Source: an uncultured delta proteobacterium
Lineage (GTDB): Bacteria > Myxococcota_A > Polyangia > Polyangiales > B10-G4
Assembly: GCA_963727445.1 (NCBI GenBank)
Contig: CAVSGI010000014.1
Span: 288,001 to 352,000, forward strand
Length of the DNA stretch: 64,000 bases
Direction of reading: 5' to 3'
The position numbers and the translations under genes were made by a program. Below the pieces are notes generated by a model. It worked only from the letters and a program-made list of their open reading frames with translations. It did not search any database and had not been told where the DNA came from. Below are positions 31,788 to 42,073 of the stretch, piece after piece. Each line of letters starts with the position of its first letter. The first letter of the stretch is position 1.

Positions 31788-33149
31788 TCAGTAGCTCCAG
31801 CCGCGCATCCGACCCTTGACCGCCGAAAGCCGGCGGAGCAGGTGCTGACGGTTCCGGTCGAGGAAAGCGGCCGCGAAGATCAGCACCACCCCGAAAACCG
31901 TCAGGCTTCCCCAGTGGGTCAGCGCCTCGATCCGGAGGGTCAGAATGCCGACGTGCGCGAGCCCCGCGAGGGCCGCGACGATCCCGAGGACGATGACGGC
32001 CTTCTGCCGCACGCGCGCCCCATACATCCCGAGCCCGACGCCCACGGCGAGGGCGATCAGACCCGCGACTATCGCGTCGAAGGCGAAGAGATTGAGGACG
32101 ACGGTGAGGGTCGCGGCCAGCGCGGCGAGGCGCCGGTAGACGAGCCCCCCGCGGGCCGTGAAAGCCGAGGCGGCGAAGACGATCGCCACCGCCGGCAGCG
32201 TGAGGAGCGGCCAGTCGCCCACCGAAGACCCGTGCAGGATGTCCACGCGAACCACGTCGGCCCAGACCGACAGCCACCCGACGCACATCGTGAAGATGGC
32301 GAGCAGCTGCGACGCCGCGAAGCGATAGCGCCCGCGGCCGGCGTCGGCGCGCACGTCGAAGACGAAGGAGATCAGCCCCAGCGATCCCACGGCCACACCG
32401 AAGAAGGCCGGGGTGACCTCGTAGTACAGGAACGTCCGGCCGATGAGCACCAGGAGCGGCACGACCAGCATGGCGCGTGCAAAGCGCCCGTGCGGAGTCT
32501 GAAGCGACGGACTCCCCGTGAGCACGCGGGTCTGCAGAAACAACACCAGCGGTGCGAGGACGAGCACGACGAGCGCCATCGCGTCCGGCTCGCGCAGCGG
32601 CACCAGGAGCACGGAGCAGAGCCCGAGGAACGACAGGGTCAGGCCCGCACTGTGCCGGCGGGCGAGGGTCATCATGGCCACGAAGGTGGCCGGGATGATC
32701 AACAGCTGTGCCCCCAGGATCAGCAGCACCGCCGTCGTGGCGTCGGTCGCCCGCCAGATGGCGTGCGCGGCCAGGTGACTCGTCGGCGCGTCGAGGGCGA
32801 GCTGCGAGTAGAGCACGCCCCCGAGCACGGCGAAGTGCACCGGGACCACGGCGACGACCAGGCTGAGGAAGGTGCGCGCTCCCCGCTTCTCGTCGAGGAA
32901 GAGGCCGCAGAAGAAACCCGCGCCGGCCAACAATCCCAACTGGCCCAGGAGCATGAGGTAGCGAACGACGTCGTCCCGTTGCCCCCAATCGCGAAACATG
33001 AAGGACGACGCGGCGACCACCAGAAGGATCGCGCCGAGCGAACGCAGGATGCGCGGCATCGCTTCCGAGGCGGCGCCACCTTCGCGGCTCGGGGGAGGCT
33101 CGGGCGCGGGCAGCGCGTCCTCGGTCTTCGACATTTCGCGACTCTTCAT
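31788..33149 (-). CDS. Polytopic membrane protein of unknown function
   Basis: A dozen or more hydrophobic segments; start MKSREMSK after a GAGGAGG RBS, overlapping the PspA-like stop. Confidence 0.75.
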   Translation of the reverse strand: MKSREMSKTEDALPAPEPPPSREGGAASEAMPRILRSLGAILLVVAASSFMFRDWGQRDDVVRYLMLLGQLGLLAGAGFFCGLFLDEKRGARTFLSLVVAVVPVHFAVLGGVLYSQLALDAPTSHLAAHAIWRATDATTAVLLILGAQLLIIPATFVAMMTLARRHSAGLTLSFLGLCSVLLVPLREPDAMALVVLVLAPLVLFLQTRVLTGSPSLQTPHGRFARAMLVVPLLVLIGRTFLYYEVTPAFFGVAVGSLGLISFVFDVRADAGRGRYRFAASQLLAIFTMCVGWLSVWADVVRVDILHGSSVGDWPLLTLPAVAIVFAASAFTARGGLVYRRLAALAATLTVVLNLFAFDAIVAGLIALAVGVGLGMYGARVRQKAVIVLGIVAALAGLAHVGILTLRIEALTHWGSLTVFGVVLIFAAAFLDRNRQHLLRRLSAVKGRMRGWSY

Positions 33150-33763
33150 CGTTCCTCCTCGTTTCTCGAACGGAGCGCGCGGAGCTCGGCGCGAAGCGCC
33201 CGCTCCTCTTCTTCCAGCGACAGCTCCTCGAAGGGATCGGCCACGTGCTCGGCGCGCGTGAGCACCATGTCCCAGCGGTCGAAGAGCGCCTCGATCGAGC
33301 CGTCGTCCACACCGATCGCCGACGGCAGCGCCTCGGCCTGCGCGCGGCGCGTCCGCATCAGATGGTGCTGACGAGCGGTGCTCTCGAGGCGCTCGCGAAG
33401 ACGCTCGGCGTGCGCCTCGAGACGCGACTCCGCCTGGCGGTGCTCGTAGTAGCGCTCGGCGAGATATTTCGCGCGCGCCTTCGCGCGACGCGCGTGACGC
33501 AAGAGCTCGAGCGCCGCCTCGTCCGAGCTCTCGGCGCGCGCGGTTCGCCGCCACGCGGTCGCGTTGGCCTTCTCTTGCGCCATCCGCGCCCTGAGCGCTT
33601 CGCTATCCCCCCGCACCTTCGACAGCTCTCGGCGCGCTGACTTTTCGGCCTGCTCGAGCTCGGCGAGCGCCGCCGCGACGAGCGCGTCGTGATCCTCGAG
33701 CTCGGCCACGGCGCGATCGACCCGCGACCACAGCCGCGAGGCCCAACCCCTGAAAGAACCCAT
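33146..33763 (-). CDS. PspA/IM30 family protein
   Basis: Amphipathic N-terminus MGSFRGWASRL..., coiled coil, A..W...AR.A...DE.AL..L pattern, C-terminal EERALRAELRALR. Confidence 0.75.
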   Translation of the reverse strand: MGSFRGWASRLWSRVDRAVAELEDHDALVAAALAELEQAEKSARRELSKVRGDSEALRARMAQEKANATAWRRTARAESSDEAALELLRHARRAKARAKYLAERYYEHRQAESRLEAHAERLRERLESTARQHHLMRTRRAQAEALPSAIGVDDGSIEALFDRWDMVLTRAEHVADPFEELSLEEEERALRAELRALRSRNEEER

Positions 33764-33776
33764 CGGCGCCTTGCTC

Positions 33777-33792
33777 AGCAATCGCCGCACCA
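33777..33792 (-). promoter_or_regulatory. Putative sigma-54 (-24/-12) promoter of the pspA-like operon
   Basis: Minus strand TGGTGCGGCGATTGCT fits GG-N10-GC with TTGCT. Confidence 0.5.
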
Positions 33793-33903
33793 ACGATAAA
33801 GCGCCACGATCTCGGCCGAGGCGCACGGGTGCATGAGCACGGCAGGTACAAACGCGCGCCGCGCCTGTGCGGCCAACGCACATCTGCGCTACAAGGCCCG
33901 GCG

Positions 33904-34980
33904 ATGAAGGACCGAGTCCTCGTGGTCGGCTGCGGCGCGATCGGCGGCACCATCGCTGGGCTCCTCACGGAGCACGGTGCGGCGGAGGTGGTCGCGCTCT
34001 GTCCCAACGAAGCCATCGCGAACGCCATCGGCGCGCACGGCTTCCGGCTGCGCGGGCGTGAAGATCCGCGCACCGTCGACGGCAGGGTGATCCCAACGCT
34101 CGACGGCCAGGATCCCTTCCGCTTCGTTCTGCTCGCCACACAGCCCACCGAGGTGGAAGAAGCCGCGCGGGCGGCCCTGCCCTACCTGGCCGACGACGGC
34201 CAGATGGTCGTCCTGCAGAACGGCCTCTGCGAGGCGCGCATCGAAGCGATCGCGGGCGAGGACCGCGTGATCGGCGCCATCCTCGCCTTCGGTGCGAGCA
34301 TGCCGGAGCCCGGCGTCTTCGAACGCACCAGCGCCGGCGGCATCACCTTGGGCCGCGCCACGCCGCGCACCAGCAGAGACGGCGACCTCGAAGCGCTCTC
34401 CCTCCTGCTCGAACCGGTCGGCCCCACACAGCTGGCCGACAACTTCCTGGGCGCGCGCTGGAGCAAGCTCGCCATCAACTGCGTCATCTCCACCCTGGGC
34501 ACGCTCGCCGGCTGCCGCCTCGGCAAGTACATCCGCTCGACGCCGGGGCGATACCTCGCCTTCGAGATCATCACCGAGACCGCCCTCGTGGCGCACGCCG
34601 AAGGGGTCACGCTCGAAAAGGTCGCCGGCACCCTCGACCTCGACTGGCTCACCCTCGACGACGCCGAGCGGCGCGGAGAGAAGCCCGCCAGCATGGCCGC
34701 CAAGCACGCGATGCTCCTCGCCGTCGGCGCGCGCTACCGCCGTCTGCGCTCCTCGATGCTCGCCGCGATCGAACGGGGGCGCGAGCCGGCGGTCGACTAT
34801 CTGAACGGCGAGGTCGTGAGTCGCGGACGGCAGCACGGCATCCCCACGCCGGTGAACGCCCGCGCGGTGGAGATGGTGCACGACCTCGCCGCGGGCCGTC
34901 GCGAAGCGGGGATGCACTTCGTCGACGAGCTCCTGCAGGTCTCGCCGCGGGGCCTCAGCTCGCCTCGAGCCGGATCGTGA
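33904..34980 (+). CDS. panE: 2-dehydropantoate 2-reductase (ketopantoate reductase family)
   Basis: VVGCGAIGG, VLQNGL, WSKLAINC, RSSMLAAIERGRE..VDYLNGEVV..G...GIPTPVN. Confidence 0.88.
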   Translation: MKDRVLVVGCGAIGGTIAGLLTEHGAAEVVALCPNEAIANAIGAHGFRLRGREDPRTVDGRVIPTLDGQDPFRFVLLATQPTEVEEAARAALPYLADDGQMVVLQNGLCEARIEAIAGEDRVIGAILAFGASMPEPGVFERTSAGGITLGRATPRTSRDGDLEALSLLLEPVGPTQLADNFLGARWSKLAINCVISTLGTLAGCRLGKYIRSTPGRYLAFEIITETALVAHAEGVTLEKVAGTLDLDWLTLDDAERRGEKPASMAAKHAMLLAVGARYRRLRSSMLAAIERGREPAVDYLNGEVVSRGRQHGIPTPVNARAVEMVHDLAAGRREAGMHFVDELLQVSPRGLSSPRAGS

Positions 34981-36337
34981 AGCAGCTGCCCGTGTCCTTC
35001 GAGGAGCGGATCAGCACCTCGCCCCCGTGAGACTCGGCGAAGCGCTTCACCACCGCCAGCCCCAGCCCCGTGCCCACCGACTTGGTCGTGAAGAAGGGCT
35101 CGAAGAGACGGTCGCGGGCCTCCTCGGCGATGCCGGTGCCGCCGTCCTCGACCTCGATCAGGGCGTGACCATCCAGCCTGCGCACGCGCACCTCCACGGT
35201 GCCTCCGTCCTTCGAAGCCTGGGTCGCGTTGTCGATCAGGTTCAGCAGAGCGCGCCTCAGCAGATGCTCGTCCACCAGCGCCCGCGCCTCGTCGTCGGCG
35301 GCGAGCCGCACTGTCACCCCACGCGAGCGGGCGTCTTCGCGCGCGCTCGCGACGGCGTCTTCGGCAATCAGGCAGAGCTTCGCTTCGTGCTTGGCCAGCA
35401 CCGAGGGTCGCGCGAACTCGAGGAGATCGGCGACGGTGCGGTTCACCCGGCTCGCCTCCTCCCGGACGATGTCGAGGAGCGGCTCGACGTCGTGGCGCGG
35501 CTTCGCCACCCGCGCGAGCGTGGCGACGCTGTTGTAGATGACGCCGAGAGGGTTGCGCACCTCGTGCGCCACCACCGCCGCGAGCTCCCCGATCGCCGCG
35601 AGCCGCTCCCGCGCCACCAGCTCCCGCTGTGCGCGCTCGAGCTCGCTGTAGCTCTGCTTGAGGCTCGTCACCAACAGGGCGTTGCGCAGGGCCGCCCCCA
35701 CCGTCTGACCCAGGAGGTTCAGGAAGGGTCGATCCTCGTCGGACGGCAGCTGGTCGTGGAAGCCCATCGGCCGCGGGGGCCGGCGCATCACCAACACACT
35801 CCGATGTGGCGCATGCGGGCCGTGAACCGGCACGACGATCGCGAAGCCGGGCCCCGTGCCGGGCGGGTCATCGCCGTAGACGAGCTCGAGCGCGTCGAGG
35901 AGCGCAACGCATCGTGGGTCCGCGCGTAGCGCCTCCGGCGCGCCCAGCACGACCCCGTCTGGCAGCGCGATGTTCCGCACGCCCTCCCGCCGAAATCGCG
36001 AGAGGCCCCGGACGCTGTCCGTCTCGCGTCCGGGTACGGCGCGCGCGGCGACCGCATCCAGCGCCCCCTCTGCGTCCGACAGCAGCGCGAGCCCCTGCTC
36101 GAGGGGATAGAGCGTGTAGAGCATCTCGATCGCCTGCTCGAGGATGGCGGCGGGATGCGCCGTCGCCATGGCGCGCATCGCGTAGAGGTTGAGCGCATCG
36201 ACGCGGCGAAGCTGCTCGCTCAGGTTGCGCTGGGACATGCTCAAGCGCTGCTCGGTTCGCACCAGACGTTGGAGCTGCTCCGACAGCGCCTCGTTGCGCG
36301 CGCGAAGGACCTCGATCTCGCTCTCGTCCTCAGCCAT
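34955..36337 (-). CDS. Cytoplasmic sensor histidine kinase (coiled coil, GAF-like, HisKA, HATPase)
   Basis: VAHEVRNPL, NLIDNA, VEDGGTGI, FEPFFTTK, GTGLGL; start MAEDESE overlaps the end of the FIST gene. Confidence 0.92.
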   Translation of the reverse strand: MAEDESEIEVLRARNEALSEQLQRLVRTEQRLSMSQRNLSEQLRRVDALNLYAMRAMATAHPAAILEQAIEMLYTLYPLEQGLALLSDAEGALDAVAARAVPGRETDSVRGLSRFRREGVRNIALPDGVVLGAPEALRADPRCVALLDALELVYGDDPPGTGPGFAIVVPVHGPHAPHRSVLVMRRPPRPMGFHDQLPSDEDRPFLNLLGQTVGAALRNALLVTSLKQSYSELERAQRELVARERLAAIGELAAVVAHEVRNPLGVIYNSVATLARVAKPRHDVEPLLDIVREEASRVNRTVADLLEFARPSVLAKHEAKLCLIAEDAVASAREDARSRGVTVRLAADDEARALVDEHLLRRALLNLIDNATQASKDGGTVEVRVRRLDGHALIEVEDGGTGIAEEARDRLFEPFFTTKSVGTGLGLAVVKRFAESHGGEVLIRSSKDTGSCFTIRLEAS

Positions 36338-37544
36338 CGGCCACGTCAGAGCGTGGGTACAGAGCGCAGATGACGCCCGCGTAGTTCTGAAACAGGGTGC
36401 TTCCGCCCACCGGCGCGATCTCGCCGTAGGTGTGCAGACCGATCCATGGGATGTCCTCACCGACGATGCGCCGGACGGGATCGACCATGGCCTCGGTGGC
36501 GCGGTGCTCGAAGAGAAGTCTTCCCCGCCCCGCGCAGTCGAGCTGCATCACGAAGAGCGGCTCCTGCCCGGCGCGCCGCTGGACCAACGACTGGGCGACG
36601 TGCTCGGCGTGCTCCACCACCTTGTCGGGATTGCGCAGCCCGAGCTGCACCGTGGTCCCCGTGACCAGTCCGGCCGCGAAGTAGAGGGCGCCCTGGTCGG
36701 GGTCCAGGGAAACGGGCACGCGCGGCGCAAAGTGCTCTATCTCGGCCGTCGGCGTCTCCCCATCGATGTCGACGTGCTCCGCGAGGATCATGTGCGCCAC
36801 GTGCATCGCTTCGAGCGTGTGGGCGTCGTCAGCGAGGTAGGTCTTGAAGAGCGACCACGCCGGTCGCCCGTCGATCTCGTAGACGTAACAGTCGTCCGCT
36901 CGGGTGACGGTGTGCTCCTGGCCGATCAGATCGCATCCGTGACTGACGAGGAGCTCGGCTTCGAAGTCGCCCTCGATCAGCACCGCCGACAAGCTATCCG
37001 AGAAGACCGCGCCGTCGAAGTACTGATACGTCTTTTCGAAGTTGAGCATGTCGCCCGCCGTCCCCCCGGCGATGAGAGGCAGCTCGTCGAGCCCCTCCTC
37101 GAGGCTGGCGATGAGCTCACGGCAGTTGCCGCGAATGCCGTCGGGGAAGAGGAGCAACAGCCCCTGCTTCGTGGCTTCACCCCGGAGCTGCTCGGCCAGG
37201 CGCTCGCCCGCGACGCGCGCGCTCTGTCCGAAGTCGGGCACGGAGAAGGTCCGGAAGTGTAGCTCGTCGCTGACGATCGCCATCACCGCCACCGCGTGGC
37301 TCACCTCCTCCGAGCCAGCCGAGGTGATCACCCCCTCGGCCGAGCAACCCGAGACGTTCCGTGCGCCGAGCACCGAGGTCACCCCGGCCATGAGCTCCGT
37401 CTGGTCGTGACCGGCCGTGGCGAAGACGAGGGTCAACGAAGGCGCCTCGCCCCCGAGCCCCGCTTTCGCCGCCTCGGCCGCCTCGATGCCGGCCGCACGA
37501 CTGTCGTAGCTGCGACTTCGCCCAACGCGCGCCGTGGTGCCCAC
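36330..37544 (-). CDS. FIST N/C domain signal transduction protein (NosP-like)
   Basis: GCSAEGVI, PLIAGGTAGD, SHGC..IG, VYEIDGRPA, DCAGRG, GLHTYGEIAP, FQNY. Confidence 0.9.
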   Translation of the reverse strand: MGTTARVGRSRSYDSRAAGIEAAEAAKAGLGGEAPSLTLVFATAGHDQTELMAGVTSVLGARNVSGCSAEGVITSAGSEEVSHAVAVMAIVSDELHFRTFSVPDFGQSARVAGERLAEQLRGEATKQGLLLLFPDGIRGNCRELIASLEEGLDELPLIAGGTAGDMLNFEKTYQYFDGAVFSDSLSAVLIEGDFEAELLVSHGCDLIGQEHTVTRADDCYVYEIDGRPAWSLFKTYLADDAHTLEAMHVAHMILAEHVDIDGETPTAEIEHFAPRVPVSLDPDQGALYFAAGLVTGTTVQLGLRNPDKVVEHAEHVAQSLVQRRAGQEPLFVMQLDCAGRGRLLFEHRATEAMVDPVRRIVGEDIPWIGLHTYGEIAPVGGSTLFQNYAGVICALYPRSDVADG

Positions 37545-37568
37545 GCAGATAACCTCGCTCTTGCGAGC

Positions 37569-38585
<1,017 letters not shown>

Positions 38586-38595
38586 GGAGCGCCGG

Positions 38596-39918
38596 CTAGC
38601 CCTCGAAGGCTTCGTCGGTGATCGCGAGGCACTCGTCGATGATGGCGAAGCCCTCGCGCAGCTGCGCCTCGTCGATGCAGAGCGGCGGATTGCAGAAGAA
38701 GCTGCTCCACCGAACGTAGGTGAACAGGCCCTTGTCGCGGAGCGCCTGACCGAAGGCGGCCATCGCCGGATGGGTGCCGCCGTAGGGCGCGAGGGGCTCG
38801 CCGTCGGCGTTCTTCTGGATGTCGACGATGCCGAGGAGACCCACCTGTCGCCCTTCCCTCACCGAAGGATGCGCGGCCGCGAGGCGATCCATCTCGGCGC
38901 GCATCACCTTCCCCATCGCGGCGGCGTTTTCGACCAGCCCCTCTTGTCGAATCACCTCGATGTTGGCGATGGCCGCGACGCAGCCGAGCACGTGCCCGTG
39001 ATAGGTGAGCCCGCCCCAGAAGACGTGGTCGTCGAAGTGACGGGCGATCTTCTCGCGCAATCCCATCGCGCCGAAGGGCACGTAGGAGCTCGCCAGGCCC
39101 TTGGCCATGGTCACGATGTCCGGGACGATGCCCGCGTGCTCGAAGCCGAACATCTTGCCGGTGCGACCGAAGCCGGCCATCACCTCGTCGCAGACGAGCA
39201 GGATGCCGTGCTTCTCGGTGAGCGCGCGGACGCCTTCGAGATAGCCGGCGGGGGGCGCGAGCACGCCGTTGGTGCCGGTGACTGACTCGATGAAAAACGC
39301 GGCGATCCGATCGGGGCCCTCGTAGTCGATGATCTCTTCGAGGTAGCGGAGGTTGTTCCGCGTGCGCTCCTCCTCGGACGCGCCGAAGGAGTACTTGTAG
39401 GGAGCGGGATCCATCACGTGAACCACGCCGGGCATCCCGGGCTCGTTCGGCAGGCGACGCGGATCGCCGGTGAGCTGCACCGCGCCGTGGGTCGCGCCGT
39501 GATAGCTGCGATAGCGGGCGAGGATCTTGTGGCGCCCCGTGTAGAGGCGCGCCGCCTTGATGGCGTTCTCGTTCGCCTCCGAGCCGCCCGTGGTGAAGAA
39601 GAAGCGATCGATGTCGCCCGGGAAGATCTCGGCGAGGAGCTTTCCGAGGCGCGCGCGCGGCTCGGTGGCGCCGTGCGGATAGACGTAGATCAGATCGCGA
39701 TCGATCTGCGCCTTGAGAGCCTCCTTCACCTTCGGGTGGGAGTGCCCGATGTTCACGCTCATCACCTGACTGTTGAAGTCGAGGAAGCGCCGCCCGTCCG
39801 GGGTGAAGAAGTAGACGCCCTCGGCGCGCGCGATGGGCAGGGGCTGCACCTTCGACTGCGCGGCCCACGAGAACATCGTGTGGCGCTTGCACAGGTCGAT
39901 CATCTCGTCCTGATTCAT
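38596..39918 (-). CDS. Class III PLP-dependent aminotransferase
   Basis: GGSEANENA, SYHGAT, DEVMAGFGRTG, PDIVTMAKGL. Confidence 0.93.
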   Translation of the reverse strand: MNQDEMIDLCKRHTMFSWAAQSKVQPLPIARAEGVYFFTPDGRRFLDFNSQVMSVNIGHSHPKVKEALKAQIDRDLIYVYPHGATEPRARLGKLLAEIFPGDIDRFFFTTGGSEANENAIKAARLYTGRHKILARYRSYHGATHGAVQLTGDPRRLPNEPGMPGVVHVMDPAPYKYSFGASEEERTRNNLRYLEEIIDYEGPDRIAAFFIESVTGTNGVLAPPAGYLEGVRALTEKHGILLVCDEVMAGFGRTGKMFGFEHAGIVPDIVTMAKGLASSYVPFGAMGLREKIARHFDDHVFWGGLTYHGHVLGCVAAIANIEVIRQEGLVENAAAMGKVMRAEMDRLAAAHPSVREGRQVGLLGIVDIQKNADGEPLAPYGGTHPAMAAFGQALRDKGLFTYVRWSSFFCNPPLCIDEAQLREGFAIIDECLAITDEAFEG

Positions 39919-40017
39919 GGAGAAAATCCTCTCATTTCAGGGGAATGGGCGAATTCGCCTTGTGCGGAAGCTCACCACATCTCACACTCTGTGCGTCCCC
40001 GGAGAGGAATGTGATGC

Positions 40018-41889
40018 ATGAACGTCTGTCCGATCTGCCGCCGCGTGCTGTCGGATGATGTCTGCCCGATAGATCAGATCGAATCGGTCGAAGTCGAAGA
40101 CCACCTCGTGCCGCCGGAGGTTGCGGACGAGTTCGGGATCAAGGGCGTCTACGGCGCCGGGGACATGGGTGCGCTGTACCACGTCTACGACGGGTACAGC
40201 TCGAGCTGGGGCTTGCTCAAGCTGATGAAGCTGAGCGAGAGCGCCAGCGATGCGGGGCGCCAGCGCCTCGCCCGTGACCTCGACCGCCAGGTCCAGATGC
40301 CGGGCTCGAAGCGCCTCTGCCTCGCGCGCCGCGCGAAGGTCGAAGGCGACCGAGCGTGGGTATTTCGCCCGTGGATCGACGGTGAGACCCTCGAGAGCCG
40401 CCTCTTCCGCGAGGACAAGCTCGGCCTGGTGATCGCCATGGGCATCGTCGCCAAGACGGCCCAGGCCCTGGACGAGCTCCACAAAGCGGGCCTGGTCCAC
40501 GGCTCGCTCCACCCTGGTCACATCATCCTCATCCCCTCCGAGGACGAGGTGCCCGACGTCGCGTTGATCGACGCCGGCATCGTTGGCGACGCCCAGCGCG
40601 GCTCCGCCTTCGACGACCTCGGCGACCTCTTCTACATGTCGCCCGAGCAGATCAAGGGCAGGGCCTGGGGCTTCCGCTCCGACCTCTACGCCCTCGGCTG
40701 CGTCTTCTACGAGATGGTGGCCGGGGAGCCGCCCTTCGACGGCGACACCGCCGAAGGCGTGATGGCCGCGCACCAGTACCAGGTGCCGAGCATCCCCGAC
40801 GTCCTTCCATCCACGATCGCGCAGCTCCTTCAACGCATGTTGGCCAAGGTCCCCTCGGATCGGCCGATGTCCACGCGGGAGATCATCAGCACGCTCCGGC
40901 CCTACGTGGGCGAGATCGACGAGGCGTCGTCGAGCACGCCGCCGCCGGCCCGGACGAGCAGCGCACCTGCGGTGCGCACCAGCAGCGCGCCCCCGATGCC
41001 GCCAGCGCCGGCCACCCGCGTCAGCAGCGTGCCACCGGTGCCCGCGGTGCCCCTGCGCGGCAGCAGCTATCCGCCCACGCCCCCACGGGCCGAGAGTGCG
41101 CCGCCGCCGGCGATGTCCCTCGCGGAGATCGCGGCGCAGGCGCGCGCTTCCAAGGCCGCGTCGGTGACGACGCTTCCGGAGCCCGAGCCGACGATCATCG
41201 TCGAGCCCGAGCACCGGAAGCGGCGCGACCCCTCGTCGATCCAGATCCTGGTCTCGGACTTGGCCGACGTCGTGGAGAGCACGGGGACCTTCGTCATCCA
41301 GAAGACGGCGCGCTTGCCGTGGCTCTCCCTCGGCATCCTCATCGGCGTCCTGACCACCGCCGGCACGGCCTATGGGATGGCGATGAGCGGCCAGTTCCAC
41401 CTCATCACGAACGCCATGAGCGACTACCTCGCCGTGCCCGAGGAAAACCTCGAAGCGCTGGATCACGAGGTGACGCCTCCCGCGACGCCGACCGCCGCAC
41501 CCGCGGCCGCCGAGGCGCCACCGGCCGCACCCCCGCTCGGGGCCTCGACGGTCGTTCAGGCGGCGGAGATGGACGACGCGGAGTCGGACGCTGAGGCGGA
41601 GACGGCGACGGAGACGGAACCGGAGTCGGACGCGGACTCGGCTTCGGAGACGGAGCCGGATTCGGAGACGGCGGCGGAGACGGACGCGGACTCGGAGTCG
41701 GACGCGGACGAGCCCCAGCCCACCACCGAGGAAGAGGAAGCCGAGGCGGCCGCCGCGGCCGCTCGCCAGGCCCGCGCCCGCCGGATCCGCCGCCGCCGCG
41801 CCCGCCGCCGGGCTCGCCGACGCGCCCGCGCCCAGATGCGCGGCGCTGCCATGAGCAGCGGCGGCCTCGTGGGTGGGCTCGCGCTCTAG
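40018..41889 (+). CDS. Membrane-anchored Ser/Thr kinase-like protein, probable pseudokinase
   Basis: Kinase C-lobe YMSPEQ, RSDLYALGCVFYEM, DRP is intact, but the catalytic loop reads HGSLHPGH and DFG reads DAG. Followed by one TM segment and acidic then Arg-rich tails. Confidence 0.85.
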   Translation: MNVCPICRRVLSDDVCPIDQIESVEVEDHLVPPEVADEFGIKGVYGAGDMGALYHVYDGYSSSWGLLKLMKLSESASDAGRQRLARDLDRQVQMPGSKRLCLARRAKVEGDRAWVFRPWIDGETLESRLFREDKLGLVIAMGIVAKTAQALDELHKAGLVHGSLHPGHIILIPSEDEVPDVALIDAGIVGDAQRGSAFDDLGDLFYMSPEQIKGRAWGFRSDLYALGCVFYEMVAGEPPFDGDTAEGVMAAHQYQVPSIPDVLPSTIAQLLQRMLAKVPSDRPMSTREIISTLRPYVGEIDEASSSTPPPARTSSAPAVRTSSAPPMPPAPATRVSSVPPVPAVPLRGSSYPPTPPRAESAPPPAMSLAEIAAQARASKAASVTTLPEPEPTIIVEPEHRKRRDPSSIQILVSDLADVVESTGTFVIQKTARLPWLSLGILIGVLTTAGTAYGMAMSGQFHLITNAMSDYLAVPEENLEALDHEVTPPATPTAAPAAAEAPPAAPPLGASTVVQAAEMDDAESDAEAETATETEPESDADSASETEPDSETAAETDADSESDADEPQPTTEEEEAEAAAAAARQARARRIRRRRARRRARRRARAQMRGAAMSSGGLVGGLAL

Positions 41890-42073
41890 AGCGCTGCTCA
41901 CCCGGTTTTCCCCCGTATCCGTGCGCAGTTGGCGCGCCAGTGGCCACCCCACTGACCATGTGGGCCGGTGTAAGTGTGCGTAATCCCATGTGTGGATTTG
42001 TGCACTGTCCTTGCATGGGCCACATGGAGCAACGAGCGGGTCCGAATTGGAGGACCCCTCTTGGGGAGGAACG

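Noticed and set aside
41998..42016. Sigma-54-like motif TGTGCACTGTCCTTGCA upstream of the subtilase
   Set aside because: It lacks the invariant GG at -24.
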